From Chrysemys picta bellii (lineage: Eukaryota), in contig NC_088797.1 in assembly GCF_011386835.1 (NCBI RefSeq), positions 116,188,001-116,252,000 on the forward strand: DNA of 64,000 nt. The letters are read 5' to 3'. The notes under the pieces were generated by a model. The model saw nothing but the letters and a program-made list of their open reading frames with translations, had not been told where the DNA came from and made no database searches. Shown here piece by piece: positions 34,328-47,744 of this stretch (its first letter is position 1; each line of letters opens with the position of its first letter). The position numbers and the translations under genes are program-made.

Positions 34328-37300
34328 ACTCCGACAGAGGGGTAGGAGGGCAGGTAATGAAATGGACTTGAGCAACACATCTCTAAGAACAACAGTTATG
34401 AAAGGTAGGTAACCTTTTTTTCTTCTTTGAGTGCTTGCTCATGTCAATTCCATTCTAGGTAACTCACAAGCAGTATCCCTAGAGTTCATAGATGTATGGC
34501 TTGTAACATGGAGCGTTGTCTCGGGCTTGCTGTGTAAGCTCATAGTGAGACGCGAACATATGTATGGAGACCAAATGTCAGCCCTGCAGATATCTGAAAT
34601 TGGCACATGGGCCAGGAACGCTGCTGATGAGGCTTGTGCTCTAGTTGAGTGGACGGTTACAATCGCTGGTGAAGGCACCTTTGCCTGATGATAGAATCGG
34701 ATGCAGGCTGTGATCCAAGATGAAATTCTCTCTATCTGCCACCACAACAAACAACTGTGTCAACTTATGAAATGGCTTGGTCCTCTCGATGTAGAAGGCT
34801 AGTGCTCTCCTGACATCCAGGGAGTGCAACCTACATTCCTCCTCAGACTTATCAGGCTTTGTGCAGAAGACTGGCAAGAATATGTGCTGGCTTGTGTGAA
34901 ATTGCCAAACCACCTTGGGCAGGAAAGCCGGATGTGGCTGCAACAGGACCTTGTCCTTGAAGAACACCATATAGGGCGGCTCCGATGTAAGCACCTTAAT
35001 CTCAGAGACCCTTTGGGCAGAAGTTATCGCCACCAGGAATGACACCTTCCAGGAGAGCAGAAGAAGGGAACAGGACACCAAGAGCTTGAAGGGAGCTTTC
35101 ATGAGCTGTGCGAGTACCAGATTCAGGCCCCATGGAGGGACTGGATCCTGGAATTAAGGGTAGAGCTGCTCCAGACCTTTTAAGAACCAGACCGTCATGT
35201 TATGAATGAAGACTGATCTGCCCTGGAATGGAAGGTGAAAGGCTGACATAGCAGCCAAGTGGACCTTAATTGACGAAAGGGACAAACTCTGAAGCTTGAG
35301 ATGTATACGGTAGTCCAGGATCAGCTGCAGTGAGGCCAACTCAGGCCTAATGTCTTGGGCCGAGACCCAGCATGTGAATAGTTTCCATTTGGCCAGGTAG
35401 GTTGCTCTAGTGGAGGACTTTTTACTCTCCAGTAGGACCTGTTGGACATCGGGATGGAGAGACCACTCATGTCGAGATGAGACGGTTCTGCTGAGGTGAT
35501 CTGCCAATACGTTCCTGGTTTCAGGGAGGAGTGCTGCCACGAGATTAATGGCATGCTGCACACAAAAGTCTCATAGTCTGAGGGCTTCTTGGCAGAGGGC
35601 TGATGACCTGGCTCCGCCCTGCTTGTTGATAGAAAGCTTCGTGGTGGTGTTGTCCGTCAGGACTTGAACCACTTTGCCTTGTAACTGGGACCAAAAAGCC
35701 AGGCAGGCCAGGTGAACCGCCCTGAGCTCCCTGACATTTATGTGGAAGGAGCAGTCGACTCCCAACCAGCGGCCCTGTGTACTGAGCTCACCCAGGTGGG
35801 CTCCCCAGCCTAGCTCCAAGGCATCGGACACCAGAGACCACAACAGGGCCGTGAAGGGGACTCCCTGCAACACCGATGCGGGGTCCAGCCACCACGCCAG
35901 GTCCAGGTATTGCCTGTTGGGGATGTAGACCGACACCAACCACACCTGCAGTGGCTGGAGGTGATGCCGGGCATGACAGACAAGTACAAGTAGCCATGTG
36001 GCCAAGAAGCCTTAGGCAAGTGCGGACAGTTGTGAGCGGGTGGCCCCTCACCTGGGAGATTACATCTAACATGGCTCAGAAACAGGTCTCCAAAAGGAAT
36101 GCCCTGGCCCACATGGAATAGAGAACCACCCCAATATGCATTGCACTGGTACAAGGGTCGATTTCTTTTCATTCAATAACAGGCCCAGGTCGCAGCATAT
36201 GGACCGCAGCGGATCGAGGCTGCTCTGCACGTGATCCCACTATCTGCCCTTGATGAGCCAATCATCGAGATAAGGATAGACCTGGACCCCTTGCCTCAGG
36301 TAAGTGGCTACAGGGGCAATGCATTTTGTAAAGACCCGCAGGGCTGAGGAGAGGCCAAAGGGGAGCACCAAGAACTGGAAATGGCGCCGACCCATAAAAT
36401 GGAGAGACTGTGCCTTTGGAAGATAGAGATATGGAAATAAGCATTTTTCATGTCGAGAGCGGCATACCAGTCTCCCAGATCCAGTGAGGGAATAATGAAA
36501 GCCTGGGACGTTATGCAAAACTTCAACTCCTTGAGACACTTGTTGCGTCATCGCAAGTCCAGAACAGAACATAGGCCCCTTTTTGCCTTCGGAATCAGGA
36601 AATAGTGGCAGTAGAAACCTTTCCCTCTCATTTCCTCAGGGACCTCCTCCACTGCCCCCTCCTGAACGAGGAGATGCTCATGAGAAGGGACCCTGAAGAG
36701 GGATGGGAAAGAAGGAGAATGGCCAAAAACTGAAGGTTGTAGCTTAGTGACAATTTCTAGCACCCAACAGTCTGTGGTGACTCTCAACCAGACCGAATGG
36801 TAGGAATGGAGATGATTGAGGAAAAGATGGGGCAGATCCAGGGAGGTGACCGCGGTGTCACTCTCGAGCGTACCCTCAAAACACCCACTTCTGGCCCCCG
36901 TTGTGCTTCACCGGATCAGGCTGCGCAGGCAAGTGGGAGGAGGAAAGGTGGCAGCGACTGAACCCAGCATCCCTTCTCCTCGAAGATCCCTGCGGAGGCT
37001 GCCAAGGCGTTAGCAGAGGGGGCAGCCAGAGCAGCTTCCTCTCAGACTGAGGCGTATTCATCCCCAGGGAGCGGAGGGTGGTCTGAGTGTCCTTCAGACC
37101 ATTCAACCTCATGTCAGTCTGATCGGAAAAGAGCCCAACTCCATCGAACGGAAGATCTTGTATGGAGGACTGCATCTCCTGGGACAGGCCGGCGGTCTGA
37201 AGCCAGGAGCTGTGCCTCATGACCACCACTAAGACCATGCTGGCAGCCAAACTGGCCGCATCCCAGGCCAATTGGAGGGAGCACCGACCTGCTGCAGTGC

Positions 37301-38633
37301 CTTGCTCCACAAGACCCCCAAACTCTTGAGCCACCTCCTGGGACATGGAATCCTTAAACTTGTGAAGGGAGTCCCACAAGTTAAAATTATAACATCCCAA
37401 AAGAGCTTGGTGGTTCACTACCCAGAAATAGAGACTTGCCGTGGAAGAAATTTTAATTCCAGAAAGGTCCAGTCTCTTGGCCTCCTTATTCTTGGGGGTG
37501 GAACTGACAGGCCTCTGCTTGTCCTTTTTGTTAGCCATTGACCATTGACCCCCAGGGGCGGGAGGGTATATAAGTATTTGAACCTTTTCTTGGCCCTCTT
37601 GGAAGTGGGCAGGATAGAGGACATGGTTTGCCAGAGGCCTTTGGCAATGTCCAGGACCCCTTCATGCACCACGAGTGCGACACGTACGGGGGTGGACGTG
37701 GAGAGCACATTGAACAACGTGTCCGATTGATCCCCCCATCTCTTCCACCTCGAGGCCTAAGTTGGTGGCCACCCATTGGAGCAGGGCTTGGTGCTCCTTA
37801 AAGTCATCTGGTGGGCTAGCATAGGAGGGCCCCTCCTCTGGAAAGGAGGACGACGACTGAACCACTGGGAGAGGGCCTGGGGCATCATCCCCCAGAGGAG
37901 AAGGGGGTCCCATGGTGGGACCCTGTTCCTCCACTACAGCACCAGCCAGCACATCCTGCACTGAGCCTAGTGAGATCAGTGACAACTGGGCTTTGTCTGA
38001 CGCAGCGACCGAAGACCAGTGAGAAGGGGCATCAGCATAACTGGCACACCCCAGACATTCCAGTAATGCTACTGTGCTGGCCACTGGCCCTGCTGCCAGG
38101 TCAGCATCACTGCGGCAGATGCACCCTCTGGAACCTAGTCGCGATGGTGTTGCTTCAGCGAGGGGCTGAACTTCCTCTCCATGCCGGAGAAATCCTCCTC
38201 TGGTGACCAGAGCAGGGTCGTCGGCGCCTTGGTCTGGCGGCTAACTGTCGGCGTGGGTGACTGGTGCCTCAAATGGTCAGACCGATGCCAGGAGTACAGG
38301 GAGCGGCACCATGTTGGGGAGCATCCCCGAGGTCTCAGAGACAGTGTCTGTCGGTACAAAGACAAGCGGTGCCGACTTTAAGGCGACCGGTGCGTCCCTC
38401 TGGGTGAGGCCCAGTGGAAGAGGGTGCACTACACACCAAAGCCAAAGGGCATTAAAAAGGAACTGAGATGGCGTAAGGCCGGCGGTACCTGACGTAACAA
38501 TGTATGACCGCAGCACTCAAGGAGACGCCAAGCCAGCCCTATGGATACTGCTAAGGCAAAAGTCTCTGACAACTGCACCTGGGCGTGCACACACCTAGAA
38601 TGGAATTGACATGACCAAGCACTTGAAGAAGAA
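34328..38633 (-). mobile_element. DIRS copy C (gag, RT, RNase H, YR; right ITR missing)
   Basis: 5' terminus 38593-38633 is the reverse complement (38/41) of 34420-34460 in the ICR. RT LPFGLSSALRVFTK..YPYLDDWLI; RNase H HINVRELRAV..LTDNTTT..INKQGGARS; YR LLVAITSAQRVSE, LHSLDVRRAL, HSTRAQASS. Frameshifted. Confidence 0.93.
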
Positions 38634-39326
38634 ACCCTAATAAATATTGGTTTTGGCACACACGGATCTACAGGTGTTTATGCAAGTGTGACTGAGTGAA
38701 TGAGCAGGCAAGTCTGGAATTAATGTAAATACAGAAAAGAGGTCTTTGGACCATGATAAGGTTCATACCATATATGTGGATTCAGAAATTGAGCAAGATC
38801 TTTGGATTCACAGGGGAGTGGAAATTAGTGTTGGGTTTTTTTGTTTTGTTTTTTAAACATATCCCCATGACACCTCATGTTTGTCATGATCAACATGCTT
38901 GAAAAATTAACTTGCCATTCTCTGTGGTAAGATGTTAACCAAAGACATTGGCAGAGTCTATAGTCTACCTATCATGCCCCCTTCACCTCTCAACAGTATA
39001 CCCTGTTAAAATACTTAAGTTTGCAACGAAATCCTTCATGTCAAAACAGGATTTTGTTACATTGCCAAATTATCTGAAATAAAAAAAATTGATTTGTCAT
39101 CATGTGTCCATCCCCCAACATATGAATTATTTTAAACTTTTAACACATTTTGTTTAGGAGACACTTGTCCTGATATTTTTAAACTGTTTCACTTTATTAT
39201 ATGTTTTTAAATGGGTTTTTGTCAGATGGTAAAAGATGAATGACGTGGATGAATAAGTAGCGCTCTTAAGAGAATTCTAGATATGTCACTTTTCCAGCAC
39301 TTTTATTTAAATAAGTTCCTACAAAG

Positions 39327-39451
39327 TAGGGTGAACAGATGTTCCAATTTTATAGGGACAGCCACGATTTTTGGATCTTTTTCTTATATAGTCGCCTAGT
39401 ACCCACCCACCCCCAATCCCGATTTTTCACATTTGCTGTCTGGTTACCCTA
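39327..39451. mobile_element. hAT MITE (family of 8041-8163)
   Basis: tagggtgaacagatg ... ctggttacccta. TSD ctacaaag / ctataagg (6/8). Confidence 0.82.
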
Positions 39452-40742
39452 CTATAAGGTGAAGTACAAACCAAAAACTTAAAATGAGTTAAACATAGAT
39501 TTTTGTGCTGAATGCCTAAGAACCAGTCCCCCCGCCCCCGAATGTTTTGTGAACAAAAGTTGTTTAATGTAGTTAAAACTTATTTTTGTGCTGAATGTCC
39601 CCATGCTACTGGTACATTCAGCAAAGAGATCTGTACTTTGAACTTCACCTTTATGAAGAAATTAGAAATTAGTAATATTACATACACACACTTGTTCTTC
39701 AAAATGTGTTTCTGAAATTCTTGTAAAATTCTTGTAAAACTATCATGTAAAGTTACGGTATGTGCTGTTTTCTAAAGTTAGTGTACACAGACTTGGCTTT
39801 TTGCTGTTAACTGGAACCTCTGGCCCTTTCCCTTGCTTCAGTCATTGATCTTTCTCAAACACCTGACTAGAGAGAAGGGATCTTAGTACCAACAGAACAG
39901 AGGCATGTTCCTCACATGTGAGGCAAACAGGGAGCCAGATCAGTGGCTGGCTGTGTTAAACACAATAACATATTGCCAAACTATGATGCATAAAAGACAG
40001 GTAGACAGGGAGAAGGATTAACTGCATAGGATTCTAAGTGGAGCACGTAAAGGAAGAGGGAGATGAGCAGAATCTTGAGGTCAGAACAGAGAAAATAGAA
40101 CTCAGCACTGGGGACATAAGGAGGGATACAAAAGGAATGGACATGATTCAGTATCAAGGAAAAAAGGATGTTATTCAAAGAAAGAAAAAGAAACAAAGCA
40201 ATGGGAATAAAGGGGAGAAAACAGATGGGAAAGAGGAAAGGTAGTTAAGACATGGACAGAATTAAAGATAGGATTAGACTAAAAGAGCAGAAAGAATTAA
40301 GATATTTAAATAAGGAAAGAAAGGGGTTAGGGATTCTGAAGATCATCAAGTTCAGGCTTGGGCTGGGCTATAGGCAATGAGAATAACAAAACTGAGGAAT
40401 CATCAAGAAGATTGCCCTGCCAGTATGCTGTTAGCTCAAAAACCTTAGGATGATCACAACTGTCAAAGTATCAGAAGAAATGAGGACCTAAACCATTTGG
40501 GGCTTTAATATAATAGGTCAAAATCAACAGCTTAAATTTCACCCAGCAATTAAATGGTAGACAGTGAAAATCATAGATTGGTGTTTACTTTGCAATTCAG
40601 GGATTACTTGTTCTGGATACATTACTTCATAGCTTAAGAAGTTGCAGAAACCTGAAAACTTTCGTAAACATCAAAGGATGAATGGGCCAATAGTTGTGTG
40701 TAAGTGTTAGTATATGAAGTCAAGAATGTATATTTTTTTAAA

Positions 40743-41093
40743 TAGAGCTGGTTGGAACCCAGAATTTCCATTCCAGGGGATATTCCCAAATTTATAATTT
40801 TTTGCATACCAAATCCGAACAAAAAATAGAAATTTCCCAAAGGGAGCCAGCTAGGCTATCTGCCAGTAACGAAGTCAGTTGGGGAGCTAGGCAGTCCAGC
40901 ATCCTAGTTTCTTCCAGCCTAGCAAGCTGGCAGACAAGTCAGCAGAGAGGCAGGCTAGGTGGGCCTCCGACTCTCCTGATTTCCAACAAAAGTTTTGACA
41001 GAATCAACACGTTCCCATAGAACATTTGAAATTTATGGAATAAGCATTTTTCAATAGAAAACTGTCTTGTCAGAAATGTTTTGACCAGTTCTA
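40743..41093. mobile_element. Old hAT-type MITE
   Basis: Termini tagagctggtt / gaccagttcta; flanks tttttaaa / attataaa. Confidence 0.55.
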
Positions 41094-42500
41094 ATTATAA
41101 AGGAATGTAACAAAAGTTGTATGCTCTGAAAATAATAAATAGTGCCTCTTCTAGGGGTCTTGTGACATCAGCTGATATATAAACCAAGTGATAAAATCAC
41201 ATTTCTCATGGCTAGAAGGAAAATGAGAATGAGACCTTTTACGGTGACTTGATGGATTTGTGGATAGAAATGTTCTTACAGAAAGAGTGGGCACTGAAGC
41301 TCAGTTAGTCAGCAGGTTGTGAAAAACATTACTCAAACACAGAAGACGGACTTTGAAAATAGGTGAGCTGACCTGACCCGACACTATTTGAAAAAACTGC
41401 TAGAGGGAACTCTGAGTTTTATGGTTGCAAGAATTACCTTAATTTTTTTTGCTTTATTTGCTATATTCTTTTAAGAGTTTGGCCTGATAATAATCCAATG
41501 AAGTATGTTGTTATTAAGTAAATATGGTTGCTCAGGGTTTTTCCCATTGAATTTTCTATTACAAAAGAGCAAAAGCCACCAAGAGTAATAATCAGATGAG
41601 CAAGCGCAACATCCCGAGTGAGAAACAACAGAAAATACTTTTCATAAAAGAGATTAAAATTTTATAAAGGAGTCTCACTTTGACAAAATAAACATATGGT
41701 AAAGGAGTAATTTAAAAACAGCTATTAAATAGAAACAATTGACTCTGACTAGTGATTTTAGATGCTTAACTTGAAGTTGACTGCAGAGCAGGTGCTCAGC
41801 ACAGTCTAAAAAGCATGCCCCTTTAAAGTGCCTCCTGATGTAGCCCCAAAAAAAAGATGCACCAAAAATCACTAGTCACGTTGGAAATCTTGGTCTGTGT
41901 AAAATCTCCAAGAGCCATCCACATATAAATGGCAGTAATGCTATTAGAACTCAAGATTTCCCTACATCCAGCCATGTTCTCTCTACCCCAGGCCTTGCAA
42001 TATCAGAGAGTGGCTTACATGTGACTTTCCTTCTAAAAGACCAGTTCCTATTAGTTGTGGTAATTGTAGATGGAAACTCTGACAATGTGAAAACTCTGCC
42101 GATATATTAAAAAAAAAAATCTAATTTGGTGGATTGACTAGAGAAGATAGGGTTAGAAAGAGGAGAGGTGGGGTTTAGTACATTGTCTAGAGATGAACAA
42201 GAAATCAACATGGATCAAAATGAAATAAGCATGTATAATTTCCTTTTCTATTTGCTATTTGTTACATCAGTGAAAAAATGTAAAGTAAAAAAATATTTGA
42301 AACCACCAGGCTCTCCCCACTGATATTTGTATATATCCAATTAGTTCTACCTGAAAATCAGGTCACAGAGGGACGAATCCGAAGTAACGTGAATTTAAGC
42401 CAACAGAAACTTAAAATCCAGACTGAGGAGGGAATTAAGATAGAGCAACTATAAGTTGGTTTTGGACTGTTTTAAACCCTGTGAGATTTTCTTTCTTTAA

Positions 42501-42575
42501 GGGTTTGATCCTAAAGCACCATGAAGTCAATGGGAGTCTTTCCACCAACTTCAATGGGCTTTATGAATCAGGCCC
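42501..42575. mobile_element. 75-bp palindromic MITE with TAA TSD
   Basis: taa|gggtttgatcc...tgaagtcaatgggag...gaatcaggccc|taa. Similar cores occur at about 14150 and 31450. Confidence 0.65.
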
Positions 42576-43551
42576 TAAATGTTGCTCTTATTCAGAGAGT
42601 GACTTGCTGCTTGACCTGGATTGGTCAGACACTTAGAATTAGTTATGAAGAATCAATAGAGAAAGTAGTAGTCTGGTCAGAATAAGTCTCAGAAACAAGA
42701 CTGGAGAAAATGAAATATATTCTAACCTAGAAACCAGGTTCTAATAAAAGCCTGAGGAAAGAAACACCAAAACTGACCAACCTAGAGAGAAGAAATCAGT
42801 CAAGTTCTCCAACTTTGAATATGATCTATATTATAAATATGACTATATATGTATATACCATACATGTATATAATTATGGTCACCCATAAAAATCTGCCAC
42901 TTTAATGTAACACCTTAACTAAATAAAGCTTACCATGTTATTCATAGTATGAAGAGTATTTCCTATAGTAATAAGGAAGCAATACATAGAAAAAACAGAT
43001 AATGAACCTTTTCTATAAATTTAAAGTAAAATTGGCCAATTTGTAAGGGTGACCACTCTTTGTGAACACATATCAAAGCTTTAAAGGGGACAATCCCAGC
43101 TAACTATAAATTGAGTGCCTGGAAAAGATTTCCTTGCCCACATAACTATAAAAATTATCCCCAAACTGGACCTTTGGACTTGGCAGAATTCAGGAATGGA
43201 GGCATGAAAGTGGCTTTAAGCTACTTTCCTTCCCCCACCCCCAACTTTGCTGTGAAAGGGTCACTAGGTCAGTGCTGAAAGTACAGTTTAAAGCAACCTC
43301 AGGACTTTGTGATGCCAGAATGGAGACCAAATTTGGCACATGATGGGATCTCAATTTATTAGAAATGTATATAGAAAAATTGTAAAGGGTAAAACTACAA
43401 AATTAAATTGATTTAGAAAATAAGACTGCCATAGATTTGATGCTATACCGCATGATTTATAAAGAAAACTACGTAGAGAAATCAAAAATTTTAAGTCTCC
43501 TGAAAGAATCCCACTGTTTGTGCATAAGTGGAAGTTATGCACATAATATAA

Positions 43552-45168
43552 TAGGGCTGTCAAGCGATTAAAAAAATTAGTCGTGATTAATCGCACTATT
43601 AAACAATAGAATACCATTTAAATATTTTAGATGTTTTCTACATTTTCAAATAATTAATTTCAATTACAACAAAGAATACAAAGTGTACAGTGCTCACTTT
43701 ATATTTAATTTTGATTGCAAATATATGCACTGTAAAAAAATTAAAAAAAAATATTTTTCAATTCATCTCATATAAATACCATGGTGCAATCTCTTTATCA
43801 TGAAAGTTGAACTTACAAATGTAGAATTATGTACCAAAAAAACCTGCATTCAAAAATAAAACAATGTAAAACTTTAGAGCCTAAAAGTCCACTCAGTCCT
43901 ACCTCTTGTTCAGCCAATCACTCAGACAAACAAGGTTGGTTACAATTTGCAGAAAATAATGCTGCCTGCTTCTTGTTTATAATGTCACCTAAAAGTGAAA
44001 ACAGGCGTTCACATGGCACTGTTGTAGCTAATGTTGCAAGATATTTACGTGCCACATGCACTAAAGATTCATTTGTCCCTTCGTGCTTCAACCACCATTC
44101 CACAGGACATGCTTCCATGCTGATGACGGGTTCTGCTCGATAACAACCCAAAGCGGTGCAGACTGATGCATCATCATCTGAGTCAGATGCCACCAACAAA
44201 AGGTTGATTTTCTTTTTTGGTGGTTCAGGTTCTGTAGTTTCTGCATCGGATTGATGCTCTTTTAAGACTTCTGAAAATATGCTCCACACCTAGTCCCTCT
44301 CAGATTTTGAAAGGCACTTCAGATTCTTAAACCTTGGGTCGAGTGCTGTAGCTATCTTTACAAATCTCACATTGGTACCTTCTTCGCGTTTTGTCAAATC
44401 TGCAGGGAAAGTGTTCTTAAAACAAACAGCAACATATGCTGGATCATCATCCAAGACTGCTATAACATAAAATATATGGCAGAATGTGGGTAAAACAGAG
44501 CAGGGGACATACAATTCTCCCCCAAGAGTTCAGTCACAAATTTAATTGATGCATTGTTTTTTTAAACGAGCATCATCAGCATGGAAGCATCTGGAATGGT
44601 GGCTGAAGCATGAAGGGGCATATGATTGTTTAGCTATATCTGGCACCTAAATACCTCGCAATGCTGGCTACAAACATGCCATGCAAATGCCTGTTCTCAC
44701 TTTCTGGTGACACTGTAAATAAGAAGAGGACAGTATTATCGCCTGTAAATGTAAACAAACCTGTTTGTCTTAGCGATTGGCTGAACAAGAAGTAGGACTG
44801 AGTGGACTTGTAGGTTCTGAAGTTTGACATTGTTTCATTTTTGAGTGCAGTCAGGTAACAAAAAAATCCTACATTTGTAAGTTGCACTTTCAAGACAAAG
44901 AGATTGCACTACAGTACTTGTATGAGGTGAATTTAAAAATACGATTTCTTCTGTTTATCACTTTTACAGTGCAAATATTTGTAATCAATTACAACAATTT
45001 GATCTCAATTACAACACAGAATATGAGATATATATGAAAATGTAGAAAAACATCCAAAATATTTAATAAATTTCAATTGGTATTCTCTTGTTTAACAGTG
45101 CGATTAAAACTGCGATTAATTGTTATAAATTTTTTTTTTGAGTTAACTGCAATTAATTGACAGCCCTA
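43552..45168. mobile_element. Fold-back hAT element built from two transposase 3' ends
   Basis: TIRs tagggctgtcaa / ttgacagcccta, flanked by aatataa on both sides. hAT dimerisation domain on the minus strand (WWLKHE..VARKYLATLATTVPCERLFSLLGDIINKK) and again on the plus strand at about 44640-44730 (LAPKYLAMLATNMPCKCLFSLSGDTVNKKR). Confidence 0.88.
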
Positions 45169-46308
45169 AATATAACAGGAGAGACTGAAGAGACCTTTAA
45201 ATGTACTCTTATAATTGTTGTCCCTATTCTTTAGTGATTTGAAATATGAATGAAATTGTGCATGAACACTTATTTTCTGATTACCATTAAAGATTTCATG
45301 AGAAACTGAAATAAAAAGGAGATGTTTAAAAGGTTTTGTTAAAAGTTACAAATAAATTTAAATAAGTGAATTGCTGAAACAGTCATTCAAGGGATTATTA
45401 TTCCTTCTAATGAAGGAAAGTCTGAAATATATTGAGTACTTACAAAAGTTTTTGTTTCCTTAAACAAGTTTTCCCATGTTTTATACAGTATTTCAAATTC
45501 AGGCAAAAGCTGATAAACTAATCACCTGGAGCTCAGAAAAGGAGTATTTAGATTATTTTCCTGGTCAGAAAACTATAGCAATGAACATGATGTAAAAATT
45601 TAGTTGGATAGTTACTGAAAGAAACAGTCTTTGAGACAAAGGAGTTCAGATAACTGGCAAAAGGGCAGTGTTGGCGATTCTCCCTCTGAATTACCTGGTG
45701 CTCAAATAAAAATAGAAAAGATTAATTAACCCATCTTGCTCTCACATTTCCAGGTGCCATACATCTTTGACTGTAAGAAGAGATTAACAGGTGGCATGAT
45801 GTTATTATCTGACAGTTAAGATAAAACCTGTTCAACAAGTTGAAAAATCAGTTCATGTGGAAAATTAATGGCTATGCTTGAAAAGAAGGCATACAGCAGC
45901 ATCCTCTCAGGAGGAATCATTTTGTTTGTTCCATATCTTCAGGGCTGTTTTTCTTGTCAGATGTGGAGGAAACAAAGCTTTCTACAAGTTTGATAAAACT
46001 TTTCTATGGAAAAAAATCTATTATGAAAGCAGTTATTTGCTTTAGTTTAAACAATATTGAATAAGAATCTCATACACTGAAAGTTTAATCTTTTGGTATT
46101 GAATATTTTATTGTTGTGACACTGACAGATGGTCAACTTGGGTATGACCCATAACAACAAAAGGCACTGAAATGTAATCAAGACAATGTACTTGTATTTG
46201 AATTTCAAAGAGAAGTCGTAAATCAGGAATCATTAGCTCGTATTTGTAGTAATAGAAATCAAGGGTAGATGCTAAGTGTATTGGTCTATGTTTACCCATC
46301 TCTTGTTA

Positions 46309-46519
46309 AAAGAACAGGAGTACTTGTGGCACCTTAGAGACTAACAAATTTATTAGAGCATAAGCTTTCGTGGACTACAGCCCATTTCTTTGGATGCATA
46401 TAATTGGGCTGTAGTCCACGAAAGCTTATGCTCTAATAAATTTGTTAGTCTCTAAGGTGCCACAAGTACTCCTGTTCTTTTTGCGGATACAGACTAACAC
46501 GGCTGCTACTCTGAAACCT
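46309..46519. mobile_element. Penelope inverted-pLTR insertion, 211 bp, 11-bp TSD
   Basis: TSD atctcttgtta at 46298-46308 and 46520-46530. Perfect 76-bp inverted arms at 46309-46384 and 46405-46480. Confidence 0.92.
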
Positions 46520-46542
46520 ATCTCTTGTTAGAAATTTAACAA

Positions 46543-47564
46543 TGTAATCAGATTATCTTGCAGACAATTCCCTTTCATATCTTAATGGCCCTATATTATG
46601 TATGCAAATGGCTCAGTTAACCTTAAGATCAAAGATGTAAGATACTGCAGGAACTAATATTATTATTTATATTATCTTCAGTTTAATTATCTATGCTATA
46701 ATGAACTGTCTTGATAGTTTGAATGGCTAATTGCCTTATGTTAATGAATAAAACTAGTTTACCTGTGTACACATAGGAAATAGAAGAGTACCTTCAAAGC
46801 AACAATATGGACCACCTATTCTTCATTGGCAAAAGGTCCTGCTGTGACAATTGCTGTCAAGAGCCTTATCAGCTTGCTAGAAGACTATAAAGGAAAAGCT
46901 CCAGTCTTGTTTTTTTTTAAACTCAGGTCTGCTTAAACTTTAACAGGGAAGGTCTAAGCCACAAGACTGAGGTCTCCAGGTTTACTCTGGATTTACCCTG
47001 GAATTCTCATGGAAGAATTTGAACAAACTCTAAATCTGGACTGCCCACTGAACTATAACCTTTTAAATTGATTCCAGAAAAACTTTTACAAATATGCAGC
47101 CTCACCATCTCTGCTATGAAACTTTTCACATATCTGTATGTATACTGATCTCTTAACCACTACAATTCTCTTCCTTTTTCCTTTTATTATTAAAATCTTT
47201 ATAGTTTTAATTACTAAAGGATTGGCATCTGCATGATTATTGGGTCAGATCTAAAACTCATATTGACCCAGGGATCAATGTCTGGTCCTTTGGGACTGGT
47301 GCACCTAACATATGGTGAATCTGGTTTTCAGTAACCACTCAGTTGGACTTGGATGTCTAGATGGGAATCAAGGGCTGAGACGCTTAAAGGAAGCTGTATT
47401 TGGCTTCTTGGTGATCAGTGTGGTATTACAAAAGCTGTTTGGTTACTGGTTTGGTGAATATAATTATAGAATAAAACACCAATTTGAGGGATTATCTGAC
47501 CTATTCCTTGCAGTTTGCCCTGAGCAAGCATTCACCGTGTGGCCCCTCCAGGGACTCAGGCACA
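46543..47564 (+). mobile_element. Probable solo LTR
   Basis: tgtaa...ggcaca termini, TATA-like tataaaagg at about 46886, and an attaaa in a T-rich R-like tract. No TSD identified. Confidence 0.4.
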
Positions 47565-47744
47565 ACTGTATTGCATCTTCTGTAAAATGCTGTACACTTT
47601 AAGAGCACTGTACCTGTAAATGAATGGTTTTTATCAGTAGCGAGTCTAAGATTGATGGACTTTGTATCTCTGTGAAAACTATCTATGTGGAGAGGCAAAA
47701 TTAGTTCTATTGTGCGGTAAATGTCTAATATCTGAAACTGTTGT

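Noticed and set aside
34439-36787. Tyrosine recombinase, RT and methyltransferase-like motifs read as a phage or prokaryotic defence system
   Set aside because: The domain order, ITR/ICR termini and spliceosomal host gene identify a eukaryotic DIRS retrotransposon.
39490-39600. 16-bp direct repeat atttttgtgctgaatg, 83 bp apart
   Set aside because: No TIRs or element-like interior; most simply an old local duplication.
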